From Candidatus Bathyarchaeota archaeon (lineage in GTDB: Archaea > Thermoproteota > Bathyarchaeia > Bathyarchaeales > Bathycorpusculaceae), in contig CAWHDT010000003.1 in assembly GCA_963828195.1 (NCBI GenBank), positions 32,001-96,000 on the forward strand: DNA of 64,000 bases, in the 5' to 3' direction. A model generated the notes under the pieces. The model worked only from the letters and a program-made list of their open reading frames with translations. It was not told where the DNA came from and searched no databases. The first letter of the stretch is position 1; each line of letters begins with the position of its first letter. Of this stretch, positions 52,427-62,470 are shown in pieces. The position numbers and the translations under genes are program-made.

Positions 52427-53653
52427 GTGCAAAAACTACGTATTATTTTAGTGTTAGTCACTATTGGATGCATTTTAGGACCCATCGGAACTGTCGCGAT
52501 AATGTACCGAAATAATATTAGCCAGATGGTCGTTCCACCTCAGCTTCAGCAATTATTGTCCAAAAACGACTCCAATAATAACGGTAATAATAACAATAAT
52601 AACAATAGTGGGAATAACAACAATAACAATAACGGAAATAATAACAATAATTCTACCCCAAATAACAACAATAACAACCCCGGTAGCCCTAACCCAAATA
52701 ATAACGGAAACACCGGGGATAATTCAGGAAACGTAAATAACAATAATTCACCGATATCCAATCCAACAAGCAGTTTTGGAAGCTCAGGTCAATTTGATGT
52801 AACCGTTCAATCCAGTGGGAGCCAAGTTTCGGACCAAATGATGGCAAACATAAATTGCCAGGTTGAGCAAAACGGAAATAACATCCAAATAAGTTTAGAC
52901 TTGTTCCCACAAAATGTCCCAAGCGATCTTACGTCAACATTTAATCCAAGCAATGATTATGTTTTTAACTTTGATGGAACAACAACCAGCTCATCTTCTG
53001 GCACGCAAATCACAGCAAATGCTCAAGGCAACCTTAATTCAGGAGGCGCATTTAACATCAACCTCAACGGAGCAATCGACCAAAATCAGGACACATTCAC
53101 ATTCGCGCTAACGTCTGCAGGCAACGCCCAAGCAAGCATCACCACTCCTCAGGAAATAAGCGCGTACCCCAACAACAATAACAACAATGGGAACAACAAC
53201 AACCCGACCAGTACGAACAATCCTAACAGCAGCAATAATCCGAATAGCAGCAACAATCCTAACAACAACAGTCAAAACGGGCTTAATCCAACTTTCACCA
53301 GCGGACAAATCAACACAGTACAAAAAACAATAACATTGACTTTCCAAGTAACCAACACTCTGAGTCAGTCAACGACAATAAACTCAATGGGCGGTACAAT
53401 AGAAATAACTGCCGATCAATATCAACTGGGAACGGGCAGCTCTAATGGCGCCGTTACGATTCCCCAAGGACAAACTGGAACCATAACAGTTTCAGGCACT
53501 TTGACCCAGAATGGTCTGAACTACTTAAATGCTCACTACAGCCACGTCTCTTCATTGGATGTTTCCGTTCTTAATGGTCAAATGACTGAAGACGGCGTTT
53601 CAAATCAATCAACGCAAGCCCAAGATATAGGGAGCGTATCGGTGACCTGGTGA
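52427..53653 (+). CDS. membrane-anchored Asn-rich exported protein
   Basis: N-terminal TM; two poly-Asn tracts separating beta-rich domains; start probably GTG 52427. Confidence 0.78.
   Translation: MQKLRIILVLVTIGCILGPIGTVAIMYRNNISQMVVPPQLQQLLSKNDSNNNGNNNNNNNSGNNNNNNNGNNNNNSTPNNNNNNPGSPNPNNNGNTGDNSGNVNNNNSPISNPTSSFGSSGQFDVTVQSSGSQVSDQMMANINCQVEQNGNNIQISLDLFPQNVPSDLTSTFNPSNDYVFNFDGTTTSSSSGTQITANAQGNLNSGGAFNINLNGAIDQNQDTFTFALTSAGNAQASITTPQEISAYPNNNNNNGNNNNPTSTNNPNSSNNPNSSNNPNNNSQNGLNPTFTSGQINTVQKTITLTFQVTNTLSQSTTINSMGGTIEITADQYQLGTGSSNGAVTIPQGQTGTITVSGTLTQNGLNYLNAHYSHVSSLDVSVLNGQMTEDGVSNQSTQAQDIGSVSVTW
52565..52750 (+). repeat. AAC/AAT low-complexity coding repeat (second tract about 53170-53280)
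   Basis: Runs of aat/aac codons. Confidence 0.85.
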
Positions 53654-54225
53654 TTATGATGCAAAAAATTAATTTTATCGGTTTAGCGGCTGGAATTTCA
53701 AGTTTGCTCCTCATCGCCATTTCGTACTTTGTCCCGTGGTGGCATCTCTCAGCCGGCAGTCCAGCAAATTTCCAACTTAACTTTTCTCCCGTTAACTTCA
53801 ACATAACCCATTCGGGTACTGGCGTCGCCATACCCTTAGTTTTGGCTTTGAACATAGCGTGCCTACTGACCCTGTTGGCAGGCGGCATCACACTTACAAT
53901 CTACGCATTAAAACCAACCCAATCTTACTCGAAACAGCTGCTTGGATTCGGATATACAAAACCCATCTTCACTCTCGCGGCTTTCATTGCAATATTGATT
54001 ATTGTGCCAATTGTTCTGCAGGTATTTATCAGAGTAAGCTTGCCCGTTAACGGTTCAGCAATCATAAGTCCAAACGGATCAAGCCAAAGCGCAAGCGTTT
54101 CAACCTCTTTAAACTGGCCCTTCTACTTCGCCATCGCAGTCACAGCATTAAGCATCGCAACACGATTCTACCATCGAAACCTAATGAAATCAGCAATCGT
54201 GACTCCGACACCGCCTCTAACATAA
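53650..54225 (+). CDS. hypothetical membrane protein (about 4 TM)
   Basis: VPWW, LLGFGYTKP; overlaps the upstream stop. Confidence 0.75.
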   Translation: MIMMQKINFIGLAAGISSLLLIAISYFVPWWHLSAGSPANFQLNFSPVNFNITHSGTGVAIPLVLALNIACLLTLLAGGITLTIYALKPTQSYSKQLLGFGYTKPIFTLAAFIAILIIVPIVLQVFIRVSLPVNGSAIISPNGSSQSASVSTSLNWPFYFAIAVTALSIATRFYHRNLMKSAIVTPTPPLT

Positions 54226-54302
54226 AAATTGACAGATCTGACGGGAACCAATGCTGGACAACCGCATTTTATACTGCAATACCTCGCTTTTTCTTTTGAC
54301 CT

Positions 54303-54564
54303 TTACTCCAGAAGCGCCTCCACAATGTGGCTGCTGTCCCCAACTATCAGCGATTTCTGTCCTCGCGAATCATTCGCACTATTTCGTCAGTAGACATTTT
54401 ATGGGATTCTTTGCTTGGAGCTCCTTAAGTTTGGCGAGGGTATCTTCGTATTTTTTGTTGTTCAGATAGAGTTTTATGGCTTCCCTTAGAGTGCTGGATA
54501 GACTTCCGTACTTCAATAATTCCAGTTTTTCCTCTTCCGTGATTCTAACACAAACTGAAGTCAT
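54303..54564 (-). pseudogene. decayed vapBC pair
   Basis: The antitoxin needs one extra A to reach MSTDEIVRMIREDRNR*; followed by a 15-codon PIN-like start LIVGDSSHIVEALLE*. Confidence 0.65.
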
Positions 54565-54660
54565 AGACTTCGTCATACATAATGTAAAATAATTCATATA
54601 AAATATTGCAGAGGAAAAGTAGCCGGAAGGAAAAAAATCTTGATTAGGCGGCAGTTGGAT

Positions 54661-54738
54661 TGGCGGGCCCGACGGGAATTGAACCCGCGACCTACGGATT
54701 AAGAGTCCGCCGCTCTAGCCTGACTGAGCCACGGGCCC
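54661..54738 (-). tRNA. tRNA-Lys(CTT), CCA encoded
   Basis: GGGCCCG/CGGGCCC acceptor stem, GCGGA-CTCTTAA-TCCGT anticodon arm, GGTTCAATTCC T-loop. Confidence 0.96.
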
Positions 54739-54858
54739 GCATGGCTTGCTTTTGAAAAAGGTTCCACTGGATAATATAGAGCTTACGGTTGTTGTTGCAG
54801 CTTGATGCAATGAAAAACTAATAACATACCAGCCCCGTAGCTTTAATGGAGAAGTTTT

Positions 54859-55785
54859 ATGGCAAACTCTTCGGGAGAAGTTTTCATTCTAAAAACTACG
54901 GATCGCGCAACAGGTGTTCCTGCACTGCTCAAAAAGTTTGACCTAAACGATTACGTGGGAAAGCAGGTGGCGTTGAAAGCGAATTTTAACAGCGCTGACC
55001 CGTTTCCCGCTTCAACCCACTTGGATACGTTACGAGCTATCGTTGGAACCATAAAAAACGCTGGAGCAGGCGGCATAACCATGGCTGAACGCAGCGGTAT
55101 GGGTGACACAAAGCAGGTTCTGGAGGAAATGGGCGTTTTATCCCTGTCAAGGGAGCTGGGGTTCAAGGCGGTTGTTTTAAATGACGTGCCCAAAGATGAG
55201 TGGGTCAAGATTGAGCGGGGTGGCACCCACTGGATTAAAAGGTTCTACATGGCGAAGGTATTCCATGATGCGGACAAGGTGGTGCAGACCTGCTGCTTGA
55301 AAACTCACAGGTTCGGCGGCCACTTCACGCTTTCGCTAAAAAACTCGGTTGGGTTGGTTGCAAAAAGGGTTCCGGGCGGAATGTACGATTACATGTGGGA
55401 GCTGCATGGGTCGCCTTATCAACGTCAGATGATTGCTGAAATAAACAGCCACTACAACGTGGACTTTGTTTTGATGGATGGAATAAAAGCCTTTGTTACC
55501 GGTGGTCCCGATAAGGGCACGTTGGTTGAGCCGAATCTTTTACTTGCAAGCCGCGACAGAGTAGCCATCGACGCGGTGGGCGTTGCGATTCTTAAAATGT
55601 ACGGGGCGAAAGGCAAAGTTGGCGAAGCAGACGTTTTTGAGCAAGACCAACTCAAGCGGGCAGCAGAGCTGGGCTTCGGCGTAAAATCAGTCGCTGAAAT
55701 ACAGTTGACGCCTCTAAACGATGGAAGCCGAGCTGAAGCGGAGCGGATAGAGCGGGTTCTTAAAATGCAGGTTGCTATGCATTGA
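54859..55785 (+). CDS. DUF362 family protein
   Basis: VALKANFN, AERSG, LKTH...TLSLKN.VG, D.VAIDAVG. Confidence 0.87.
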   Translation: MANSSGEVFILKTTDRATGVPALLKKFDLNDYVGKQVALKANFNSADPFPASTHLDTLRAIVGTIKNAGAGGITMAERSGMGDTKQVLEEMGVLSLSRELGFKAVVLNDVPKDEWVKIERGGTHWIKRFYMAKVFHDADKVVQTCCLKTHRFGGHFTLSLKNSVGLVAKRVPGGMYDYMWELHGSPYQRQMIAEINSHYNVDFVLMDGIKAFVTGGPDKGTLVEPNLLLASRDRVAIDAVGVAILKMYGAKGKVGEADVFEQDQLKRAAELGFGVKSVAEIQLTPLNDGSRAEAERIERVLKMQVAMH

Positions 55786-56446
55786 GCTTCATTAGAATGT
55801 CTGGTTTGTCGCTGGCTATGCCGTCCACGCCTTTCTTCGCGTAATCTTCTGCTTCCTCTGGCGTGTTTATGGTCCAAACGACCACTTTTAAGCAGCATTC
55901 ATGAGCTTTCTCAACGTTAGCGGTGTGGGTGAACCTGTAGAGCGCAAATAGATAGTTGGCTTTTAGCTCCAGCGCTGCCTTAAGCGGATTCTTGTGCTTC
56001 GCATAAATCAAGCCAGTCTCAATATCCATGTTGAGTTCCCTAACTTTCTTTAACGCATCTTCAAGAAAAGAAATGATAACAACATTCTTCTCCAATTTTT
56101 TCGCATGCACTATCGAAAGCACCTGCTCTTCAATGCCCACTTCTTTAAGCTCAACAAACACCTTCACCTTCTTATCCAAAAAATCCAGCGTTTCCTCCAA
56201 AGTCGGAATTTTCTCGCCGTCAGCGGAAAGGTTTTTGATTTCCTTAAGCGTAAGCTCGCTTACCAAGCCTTCGCCGTTGGTTGTCCGCTTAACATCCGCA
56301 TCGTGAATAACGACGATTTGGTTATCTTTAGTTTTTCTAACGTCCAACTCAACCGCGTCCACTCCAATTTCTAATGCCTTCTTAAAACTCGCCAACGTAT
56401 TCTCAGGCGAATAAGCTCTCGCGCCCCTATGACCAATACGTAACAT
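55775..56446 (-). CDS. glycerophosphodiester phosphodiesterase
   Basis: IGHRGA..PENTL, ELDV..TKD, HD, IPTLEE, ELK, WTIN, GVDGI.SD. Confidence 0.93.
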   Translation of the reverse strand: MLRIGHRGARAYSPENTLASFKKALEIGVDAVELDVRKTKDNQIVVIHDADVKRTTNGEGLVSELTLKEIKNLSADGEKIPTLEETLDFLDKKVKVFVELKEVGIEEQVLSIVHAKKLEKNVVIISFLEDALKKVRELNMDIETGLIYAKHKNPLKAALELKANYLFALYRFTHTANVEKAHECCLKVVVWTINTPEEAEDYAKKGVDGIASDKPDILMKLNA

Positions 56447-56570
56447 AATAAATTGATTTCTCAACGAAGAATAATACTTTTTGCAAGTTCCCTCTTTACA
56501 TAACTAAGTAGTTCCAAACCTGATGAAAAAAGTTAAGTGAAGTACACTATATCTTAATTGTGGGATTTCA

Positions 56571-57290
56571 TTGGAATATAAAGGAGAATCCAAAATAGAC
56601 GAGTGCGTGGAATGTTGTGTCAGGGACAATGATTTCTCTAAAAAGAAGGTATTTCTGTGTAATTTTTGTAATAGATGGCTTTGTGAAAAACATATTGAAC
56701 CTAGAGTAGCGTTTATTCCAAATTTTAATCCTACAAACTATCCACCACAGATAAAAGTGTTATATGAACAAGAATACAGACACAAAGGCGGACACCCTGA
56801 TTGGAATTTTAGCCGTAAGAAATTTGAAGACCTTGATATTGAAGAGAAAACACGGAATGAATTGGTAAAACAAGCCTTGGATAGAATGTTGAATCCTGAA
56901 GAGTCTTTTGAAGAGGATACGGATGCAAACAGGCAAAAAAGAATGGTCATGACGCAAGAACGCGAATTTGACGGGAGAATAAGAAAAGAGAACAAAAAAG
57001 AATGTCCCAAAAACGATAGAGAAGATACAGACAAAACTGTGGAAATACCCCTTCAGGAAGAGAGCAACATTATGTGGCATCCAGAAAAGGTATTTGTCGG
57101 ATATACAAAAACAGTTGGTAACATTCATAAATATAATTACATAGTTCCGACAAGAATTTACTATGATGAACAATACCGCAAAAGGCTTGATAAAGCAGAA
57201 ACGTTGGCGGAAGTAGAGCAAATCATTAGAGATTATGATAAGCATCATCGAACAGAACAAGGAGATAAACAGAGTAAGAAACATTGGTGA
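56571..57290 (+). CDS. hypothetical protein with AN1-like Cys/His zinc finger
   Basis: CVECC...CNFC.RWLCEKH...GGH; AT-rich DNA. Confidence 0.6.
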   Translation: MEYKGESKIDECVECCVRDNDFSKKKVFLCNFCNRWLCEKHIEPRVAFIPNFNPTNYPPQIKVLYEQEYRHKGGHPDWNFSRKKFEDLDIEEKTRNELVKQALDRMLNPEESFEEDTDANRQKRMVMTQEREFDGRIRKENKKECPKNDREDTDKTVEIPLQEESNIMWHPEKVFVGYTKTVGNIHKYNYIVPTRIYYDEQYRKRLDKAETLAEVEQIIRDYDKHHRTEQGDKQSKKHW

Positions 57291-57402
57291 TGATGGCGAT
57301 TAAACTACTAAGCCAAACAACTTGGCGATGCAAAAACTTAAACCAGTTATCAGAAAATAATTAAGTCCTTGTAGAATGTAAACAGAGAAAGAGGAAATAC
57401 TA

Positions 57403-57867
57403 ATGGTTTACAACCGCAGAAGAGGTACTGCTATAGTCGAGTTTCCCGAAGGCATTTTGGTTGTTAGTCAAGGAAGCGAATCATTTATGCTTGCAGGTGG
57501 CGGGGCGAACAAAGGTGAAAGCCGAAGAAAAGCTGCAATGCGAGAACTTCAAGAAGAAACAGGTTTAAAGCCTTTAGATTCAAAATATTTGTTTTCTTAC
57601 ACAGGTAGACTTCACAAAGACTTTAAGGGCAGAGAGCCTTTTCGAGATAACCACAAGGTCTTTTTAATCAAGGCAGACGGCACTCCTACACCTCAAAGAG
57701 AAATTAAGCGCATAGCATTTTTCAAAGAAGGTTCAGGTCTGAAATTAGTATATTCTACAAAAGAAATCATTGAAAAGTTCTTGGTTATGAAAGGTGAGGG
57801 CTTCAAACCTTTAGTTTGTAAGGAGTGTGGAGGGAAGACTTTTTTTACCTTCACAAAAAACCGATAA
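57403..57867 (+). CDS. NUDIX hydrolase (C-terminal zinc ribbon frameshifted)
   Basis: GGANKGESRRKAAMRELQEETGL Nudix box. Confidence 0.88.
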   Translation: MVYNRRRGTAIVEFPEGILVVSQGSESFMLAGGGANKGESRRKAAMRELQEETGLKPLDSKYLFSYTGRLHKDFKGREPFRDNHKVFLIKADGTPTPQREIKRIAFFKEGSGLKLVYSTKEIIEKFLVMKGEGFKPLVCKECGGKTFFTFTKNR

Positions 57868-58209
57868 TGCACTCGAATGTGACCATTGTGGAACGACATA
57901 TAAAAAAAGCTGAATTAAAATTAAGCTTCCATCGAAAGTTTTCCTATGGTAAAAAGTCTTAAATCTGCATAGCGTAGAAATAGGGCTGATAGGCTATTTT
58001 TAGCCAATTAAATTGTGTTCTAAAAAATTATAATGACAATTTGTTTTTTAACTTTTTTTAAAAGAAAATTAGCACGTCGGGATAGGGTATCAATTAGCAA
58101 TTGAATTTCTCCGACAAAATTGACCGGTAGAGCGTAATTTTTGCGTGTCTCTATTGACGTGGAGCGGGCAGCTATATTTTTTGAAGGCACTTTTTATACA
58201 AACATGATT

Positions 58210-59040
58210 TTATGCTTCTGCTTTCAGTGTTTTTAGCATGCTTCCCGATCGGAAGCCCTCCAAATCAAATGTCACATATTTGAATCCTAATTTTGTGAGA
58301 TCCTCAGCTACCTTATCCAAAACATCGACGTTACAAAGGAGGTTTCTTTCAGCTTTACCAACCTCTATCCTCGCCAACCCATTATGGTCTCTAACTCGAA
58401 TCTGCTTAACCCCAGTTATTGCCTTTACAGCTTGCTCCGCCTTGTCAATTCTGCTCAGTTTCTCAGCCGTAATTCTCTCGTTAAACGGTATTCTCGAAGC
58501 CAAACACGCTAAAGCAGGCTTGTCATGAACGCTAAGCCCCATTGTTTTGGCTACTTGGCGAATCTCATCCTTGCTAAACTTGTTAATCATCCATGGACTA
58601 TACACGCTTTCTGCTTCCTGAACGGCTTTGAATCCTGGTCGGTGATCGTTTAAATCAGTGAAGTTTGTGCCTTCAAAAACCGCTTTGAACCCCATTTCAT
58701 GTGCGAAGTTGACGAGCGATTGGAGTAGTTCGGTTTTGCAGTAGTAGCAGCGGTTTTCAGGGTTTTTAGCAAAATCTTCGTTGGTTAACTCGTTGGTTTC
58801 AATCACGCATAGTTTGATGCCGATGTCTTCGGCTATTTTTTTGGCGTCTTTCAGTTCTTCCGACGTGTAAGTTGGGCTCTGTGCGATAACAGCTACAGCT
58901 TTTTCGCCGAGAACTTCATGGCTAACAGCAGCCAATGTCGAACTGTCTACGCCTCCGGAAAAAGCAATTACTACTCCGCCTTTTCCTTTTTCTTTGATGA
59001 AGCGTTTGAGCTCTTCAAGCTTGCCGTTTAAATCTTCCAT
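58210..59040 (-). CDS. larE: NPN cofactor sulfur transferase LarE
   Basis: AFSGGVDS, RCYYCK, DHRPG, ACLASRIP, RVRDH..ARIEV, GFRSGSM. Confidence 0.93.
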   Translation of the reverse strand: MEDLNGKLEELKRFIKEKGKGGVVIAFSGGVDSSTLAAVSHEVLGEKAVAVIAQSPTYTSEELKDAKKIAEDIGIKLCVIETNELTNEDFAKNPENRCYYCKTELLQSLVNFAHEMGFKAVFEGTNFTDLNDHRPGFKAVQEAESVYSPWMINKFSKDEIRQVAKTMGLSVHDKPALACLASRIPFNERITAEKLSRIDKAEQAVKAITGVKQIRVRDHNGLARIEVGKAERNLLCNVDVLDKVAEDLTKLGFKYVTFDLEGFRSGSMLKTLKAEA

Positions 59041-59045
59041 TTAGA

Positions 59046-60299
59046 TCACTTTGTTTGGTTGAAAACTTCTTTTGCCCTCGAAATTACGAGCTCCGAAAGC
59101 TCCCTAAGAGGCTTGTTAGTTTTTTCCGCCAACCCTTTAAGGTCATCGTATTCGGGTTTTATGCGGATTATTATTCCATTCCGATTTTTGGAAACTTTAA
59201 CCTTAACTGTTTCTTTAACGTCGCCGATCAGCACGTCAACAAACTGGGTTTCTTGAGTAACAATATGTCGTTCACACAGGTAAACTCTAACTCCCAGCGT
59301 GCCTGTTTCATTAATTAGCACGTCTGAGAGGTGCCCGATGTCTTTTTGGTCAGCAATCACTTTGATAATTTGTCCAGGTCTATTCTTTTTAGTGAACATC
59401 GGGATGACGCTTACGTCTTTAGCGCCTTCCACGAGAAGCCTGTCAACGGTGTGACCTACAATTTCGCCTGACACATCGTCAACGTTGGTTTCCAACACGG
59501 CAATCTGATCCTTTATCAACGAATCTTCTAAAGGTTTACCAACAATTATTCGAAGAACGTTAGGTATTTCAGGAAACTCTTTGCCGCCCGCACCATAACC
59601 GACCTTGACGGGAGCCATTTCAGGGTAAAACCTGCTTACTTCGTCTGCCAAATTAACTATTATTGATGCTCCAGTGGGCGTTGCAAGTTCTGACTCGACT
59701 GGTCCGCCTTTGATCGGGAAATTTTTTGATTGAAAAATAGCCAACGCTGCGGGGGCTGGGCTAGATACGGTGCCATGCGAGAACTGGAACAGCCCTCCGC
59801 CAACGGATACTGGTGACGCAACTATTTTTGCGTTGAAGAAGCCCAGGTCTTCCATGGCAACTGCTGAACCGATAATTTCAGCGGCGGTATCAACTAAACC
59901 GACTTCATGCAGATGAGCATCAGATAAGTGGTGCCCGTGAAGTTTCGATTCTGCATCAACCAACGTATGAATCACATTTGAAGCAAACTGCTTTGCTTTT
60001 ACTGAAAGCTTAAGGTTTTCTGCTGTTTTTTCAACTATTTCGATCAGTTGTTTTCCGTCTTTTCGGGATTTTCCTTCCGCTGTAACATCGACTTTGGTGG
60101 CTCTGAACTCCTTACGCATCACATGTTTGATTTCAACAGCAACATTCTTGTAGCCGTATTCTGCGTTCTCCAGACTTTTTATTGCGGAAGTAACCTTGTT
60201 CACGTCTGCTCCAAGATCCAGAAGAGCGCCAAGCATCATGTCGCCTGAAACTCCAGCGACTTGGCAATCAATCATAACTATTTGGGAAAACTCAGTCAT
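59046..60299 (-). CDS. larC: NPN cofactor nickel insertase LarC
   Basis: GVSGDMMLGAL, HLHEVG, HG...PAPA, TPTGA, ETNVDD, KKNRPG, TLGVR, PEYDD. Confidence 0.93.
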   Translation of the reverse strand: MTEFSQIVMIDCQVAGVSGDMMLGALLDLGADVNKVTSAIKSLENAEYGYKNVAVEIKHVMRKEFRATKVDVTAEGKSRKDGKQLIEIVEKTAENLKLSVKAKQFASNVIHTLVDAESKLHGHHLSDAHLHEVGLVDTAAEIIGSAVAMEDLGFFNAKIVASPVSVGGGLFQFSHGTVSSPAPAALAIFQSKNFPIKGGPVESELATPTGASIIVNLADEVSRFYPEMAPVKVGYGAGGKEFPEIPNVLRIIVGKPLEDSLIKDQIAVLETNVDDVSGEIVGHTVDRLLVEGAKDVSVIPMFTKKNRPGQIIKVIADQKDIGHLSDVLINETGTLGVRVYLCERHIVTQETQFVDVLIGDVKETVKVKVSKNRNGIIIRIKPEYDDLKGLAEKTNKPLRELSELVISRAKEVFNQTK

Positions 60300-60374
60300 T
60301 TTTTTCGACCGCTTGCTAATACTAAAAAGCAAAAACGATATATTGCTTGCGGTTCTTGAGAAAGTGACCCAATC

Positions 60375-61157
60375 ATGTCAACAGTAAAAGAGATTCTTGA
60401 AAAAACCGCGAAAAACGAGTTAACAGTTGAGGAAGCAGAAAAACTGTTACGTATGCTATCAATCGCTGAAGTTGAAGACATAGCAAAAATCGACGCCAAC
60501 AGGGAACACAGAAAAGGCATACCTGAAATAATTCTAGCCGAAAACAAAACAAAAAAAGACCTAGTTGAAATAACTCTTCGGATGCTCAGCGAAAACGGCA
60601 GGGTGATAGTGAGCAGATGCAGCCAAGAACAAGTTCATGCCCTCAACCAAGCGCTGCCTGCCAATGCAACCTGCAATATTAACGAGAAAGCAAGAATGGT
60701 TGTTATAAAAAAGAAAAACCACTCAGTTAAAAGCACGGGTGGAAAGATTGGGCTTTTAACCGCAGGCACCTCGGATATTCCGGTGGCTGAAGAGGCCAAG
60801 GTGATTGCGGAGGAAATGGGCTGCCAAGTTTACACGTCGTATGATTTGGGTGTAGCAGGGATCCACAGGGTTATGCAGCCTCTGAAAGATTTGATAATGA
60901 AGGACGTTGACGTTATTGTCGTGGTTGCAGGCAGGGAAGGCGCTTTGTCCTCAGTGGTCGCCGGCATGGTCAATGTACCCGTGATTGCGGTTCCAACCTC
61001 CAACAGCTACGGTTTCGGCGAAAAAGGCGTAAGCACCCTGATGGCTATGCTTCAGTCTTGTTCACTGGGTTTGGCGGTGGTAAACATCGACGCGGGGGTT
61101 GCCGCTGGCGCTGTAGCAACGTTGATCGCGAATCGCGCCGCAAAATTCAGAAGCTGA
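60375..61157 (+). CDS. larB: NPN cofactor carboxylase/hydrolase LarB
   Basis: GIPE, AGTSDIPVAEEA, D.GVAGIHR, AGREGAL, AVPTS, MLQSC, VVNID. Confidence 0.94.
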   Translation: MSTVKEILEKTAKNELTVEEAEKLLRMLSIAEVEDIAKIDANREHRKGIPEIILAENKTKKDLVEITLRMLSENGRVIVSRCSQEQVHALNQALPANATCNINEKARMVVIKKKNHSVKSTGGKIGLLTAGTSDIPVAEEAKVIAEEMGCQVYTSYDLGVAGIHRVMQPLKDLIMKDVDVIVVVAGREGALSSVVAGMVNVPVIAVPTSNSYGFGEKGVSTLMAMLQSCSLGLAVVNIDAGVAAGAVATLIANRAAKFRS

Positions 61158-61252
61158 AGACATTTTTCTTTTTAGTAAACGTTAGTCAAGCTTATTGGCG
61201 ATCAGTAGAATGCTTAAATAGTGTTTGAGTCTACTCAGAAACGAGGGTTTTC

Positions 61253-61717
61253 ATGGAGAATAGTCAAGACGAAATCTTGTTGAACCCGATAGGCACCGTC
61301 AAAACCGAAGCTGTCGGCGATGAAGTTAAAGATAAATCCAGAATATGCCAGATTATTATCCGTGAGGAATTTGCTGCAGCTTTAGATGGGGTTGATGGTT
61401 TTTCGCATCTGTTTGTGCTATTTTGGCTCAACAAAGTTTCCGGCAAGCAACGAATGACTTTGAAGGTTCATCCCAGAGGCAGAATGGATATGCCTTTGCT
61501 TGGAGTTTTCGCAACCCGAACCAACATTCGACCCAACCCCATAGGCTTAACCCTTGTTGAGTTGTTAAATGTTGAAGGCGACACTTTGACTGTTCGCGGA
61601 TTGGACGCTTTCGACGGCACACCCGTCTTGGATATCAAGCCTTTTGATTCATGGGACACCGCGGAGAAGGCACGTGTTCCTGACTGGTGGATTAAACTAA
61701 ACATGGAAAAACGTTGA
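61253..61717 (+). CDS. tsaA: tRNA m6t6A37 methyltransferase TrmO/TsaA family
   Basis: PIGTV, FSHL, GVFATR..RPNPIG, GLDAFDGTPVLDIKP. Confidence 0.9.
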   Translation: MENSQDEILLNPIGTVKTEAVGDEVKDKSRICQIIIREEFAAALDGVDGFSHLFVLFWLNKVSGKQRMTLKVHPRGRMDMPLLGVFATRTNIRPNPIGLTLVELLNVEGDTLTVRGLDAFDGTPVLDIKPFDSWDTAEKARVPDWWIKLNMEKR

Positions 61718-61719
61718 TG

Positions 61720-62220
61720 CTACAGCAATTCTTGGATTCCGTATTTTGTGTTAAGTATTTTTAGCATTTCTGTTCTGAGCTCTTCTCCTTTTAGGCCCGT
61801 CGCTTTAACGCCGCCAATTTCTTTTGCAAGCTCTGGCTCTTTGTAAGCTTCTTTTAGCCAGTTTTCAAAGTCGCCTCTGTAGAGGTGAAATTCCAGCGAA
61901 CCTGCATTGATTTGCTGTATTGCCAAGTAAAACTCCCGTAGCGTGTTGGCTTTGAATTCTGAAGGTTGATTGACACCAAAGTAAAAGTGAAAACTCATTC
62001 CGATAGGAACAGCTGTGAGGGCTTTAAGAGCCTCTTTCCCTTTTTCTGAGACACTAAATCCTCTTTCGTTTCTCTGCAGAAAACCTTCTTTTGCCAACTC
62101 TTGGAACTGCTGTATAGTTTCGGTAGGAGTTAAATTTGCTTTTTTAGCAAACATATTCAAATCCATGCGGCCTGTCGCTTCGCTCATTGTTTTTAAAACT
62201 TTAAACTGCTGCTCTTTCAA
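61720..62220 (-). CDS. winged-HTH plus DUF5752-like domain protein
   Basis: FHFY...A..L.EF...SLEFHLYRGDFENWL. Confidence 0.75.
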   Translation of the reverse strand: MKEQQFKVLKTMSEATGRMDLNMFAKKANLTPTETIQQFQELAKEGFLQRNERGFSVSEKGKEALKALTAVPIGMSFHFYFGVNQPSEFKANTLREFYLAIQQINAGSLEFHLYRGDFENWLKEAYKEPELAKEIGGVKATGLKGEELRTEMLKILNTKYGIQELL

Positions 62221-62413
62221 ACGGCTTCCCTCAACGCCTATTATTGTCTAAACGGAAATTTAAACATCTTAACCATCTAAATAAGCAATTTCCCCGAAAA
62301 GGCAAAACACAGCTAAGCCAGTTCACTTCGCAAAACAAAAACGGCGTTTTCTCTCTGAAGCTTGTTTTTTAAGCGTAAGAGTCTTATGTTTTGTTGTCCA
62401 CTTGGTGTTTCGG

Positions 62414-62470
62414 ATGATGAGCACTAGAGTCTGAGCTTAAGCAGTGAGATGGACTCGACGGGCGAACTGA
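62414..62470 (+). ncRNA. candidate box C/D guide sRNA
   Basis: C box ATGATGA at 62414, D' CTGA at 62431, D CTGA at 62467; intergenic; typical length. Confidence 0.6.

Noticed and set aside
56738-57284. Long hydrophobic minus-strand ORFs
   Set aside because: Antisense shadows of the A-rich plus-strand gene.
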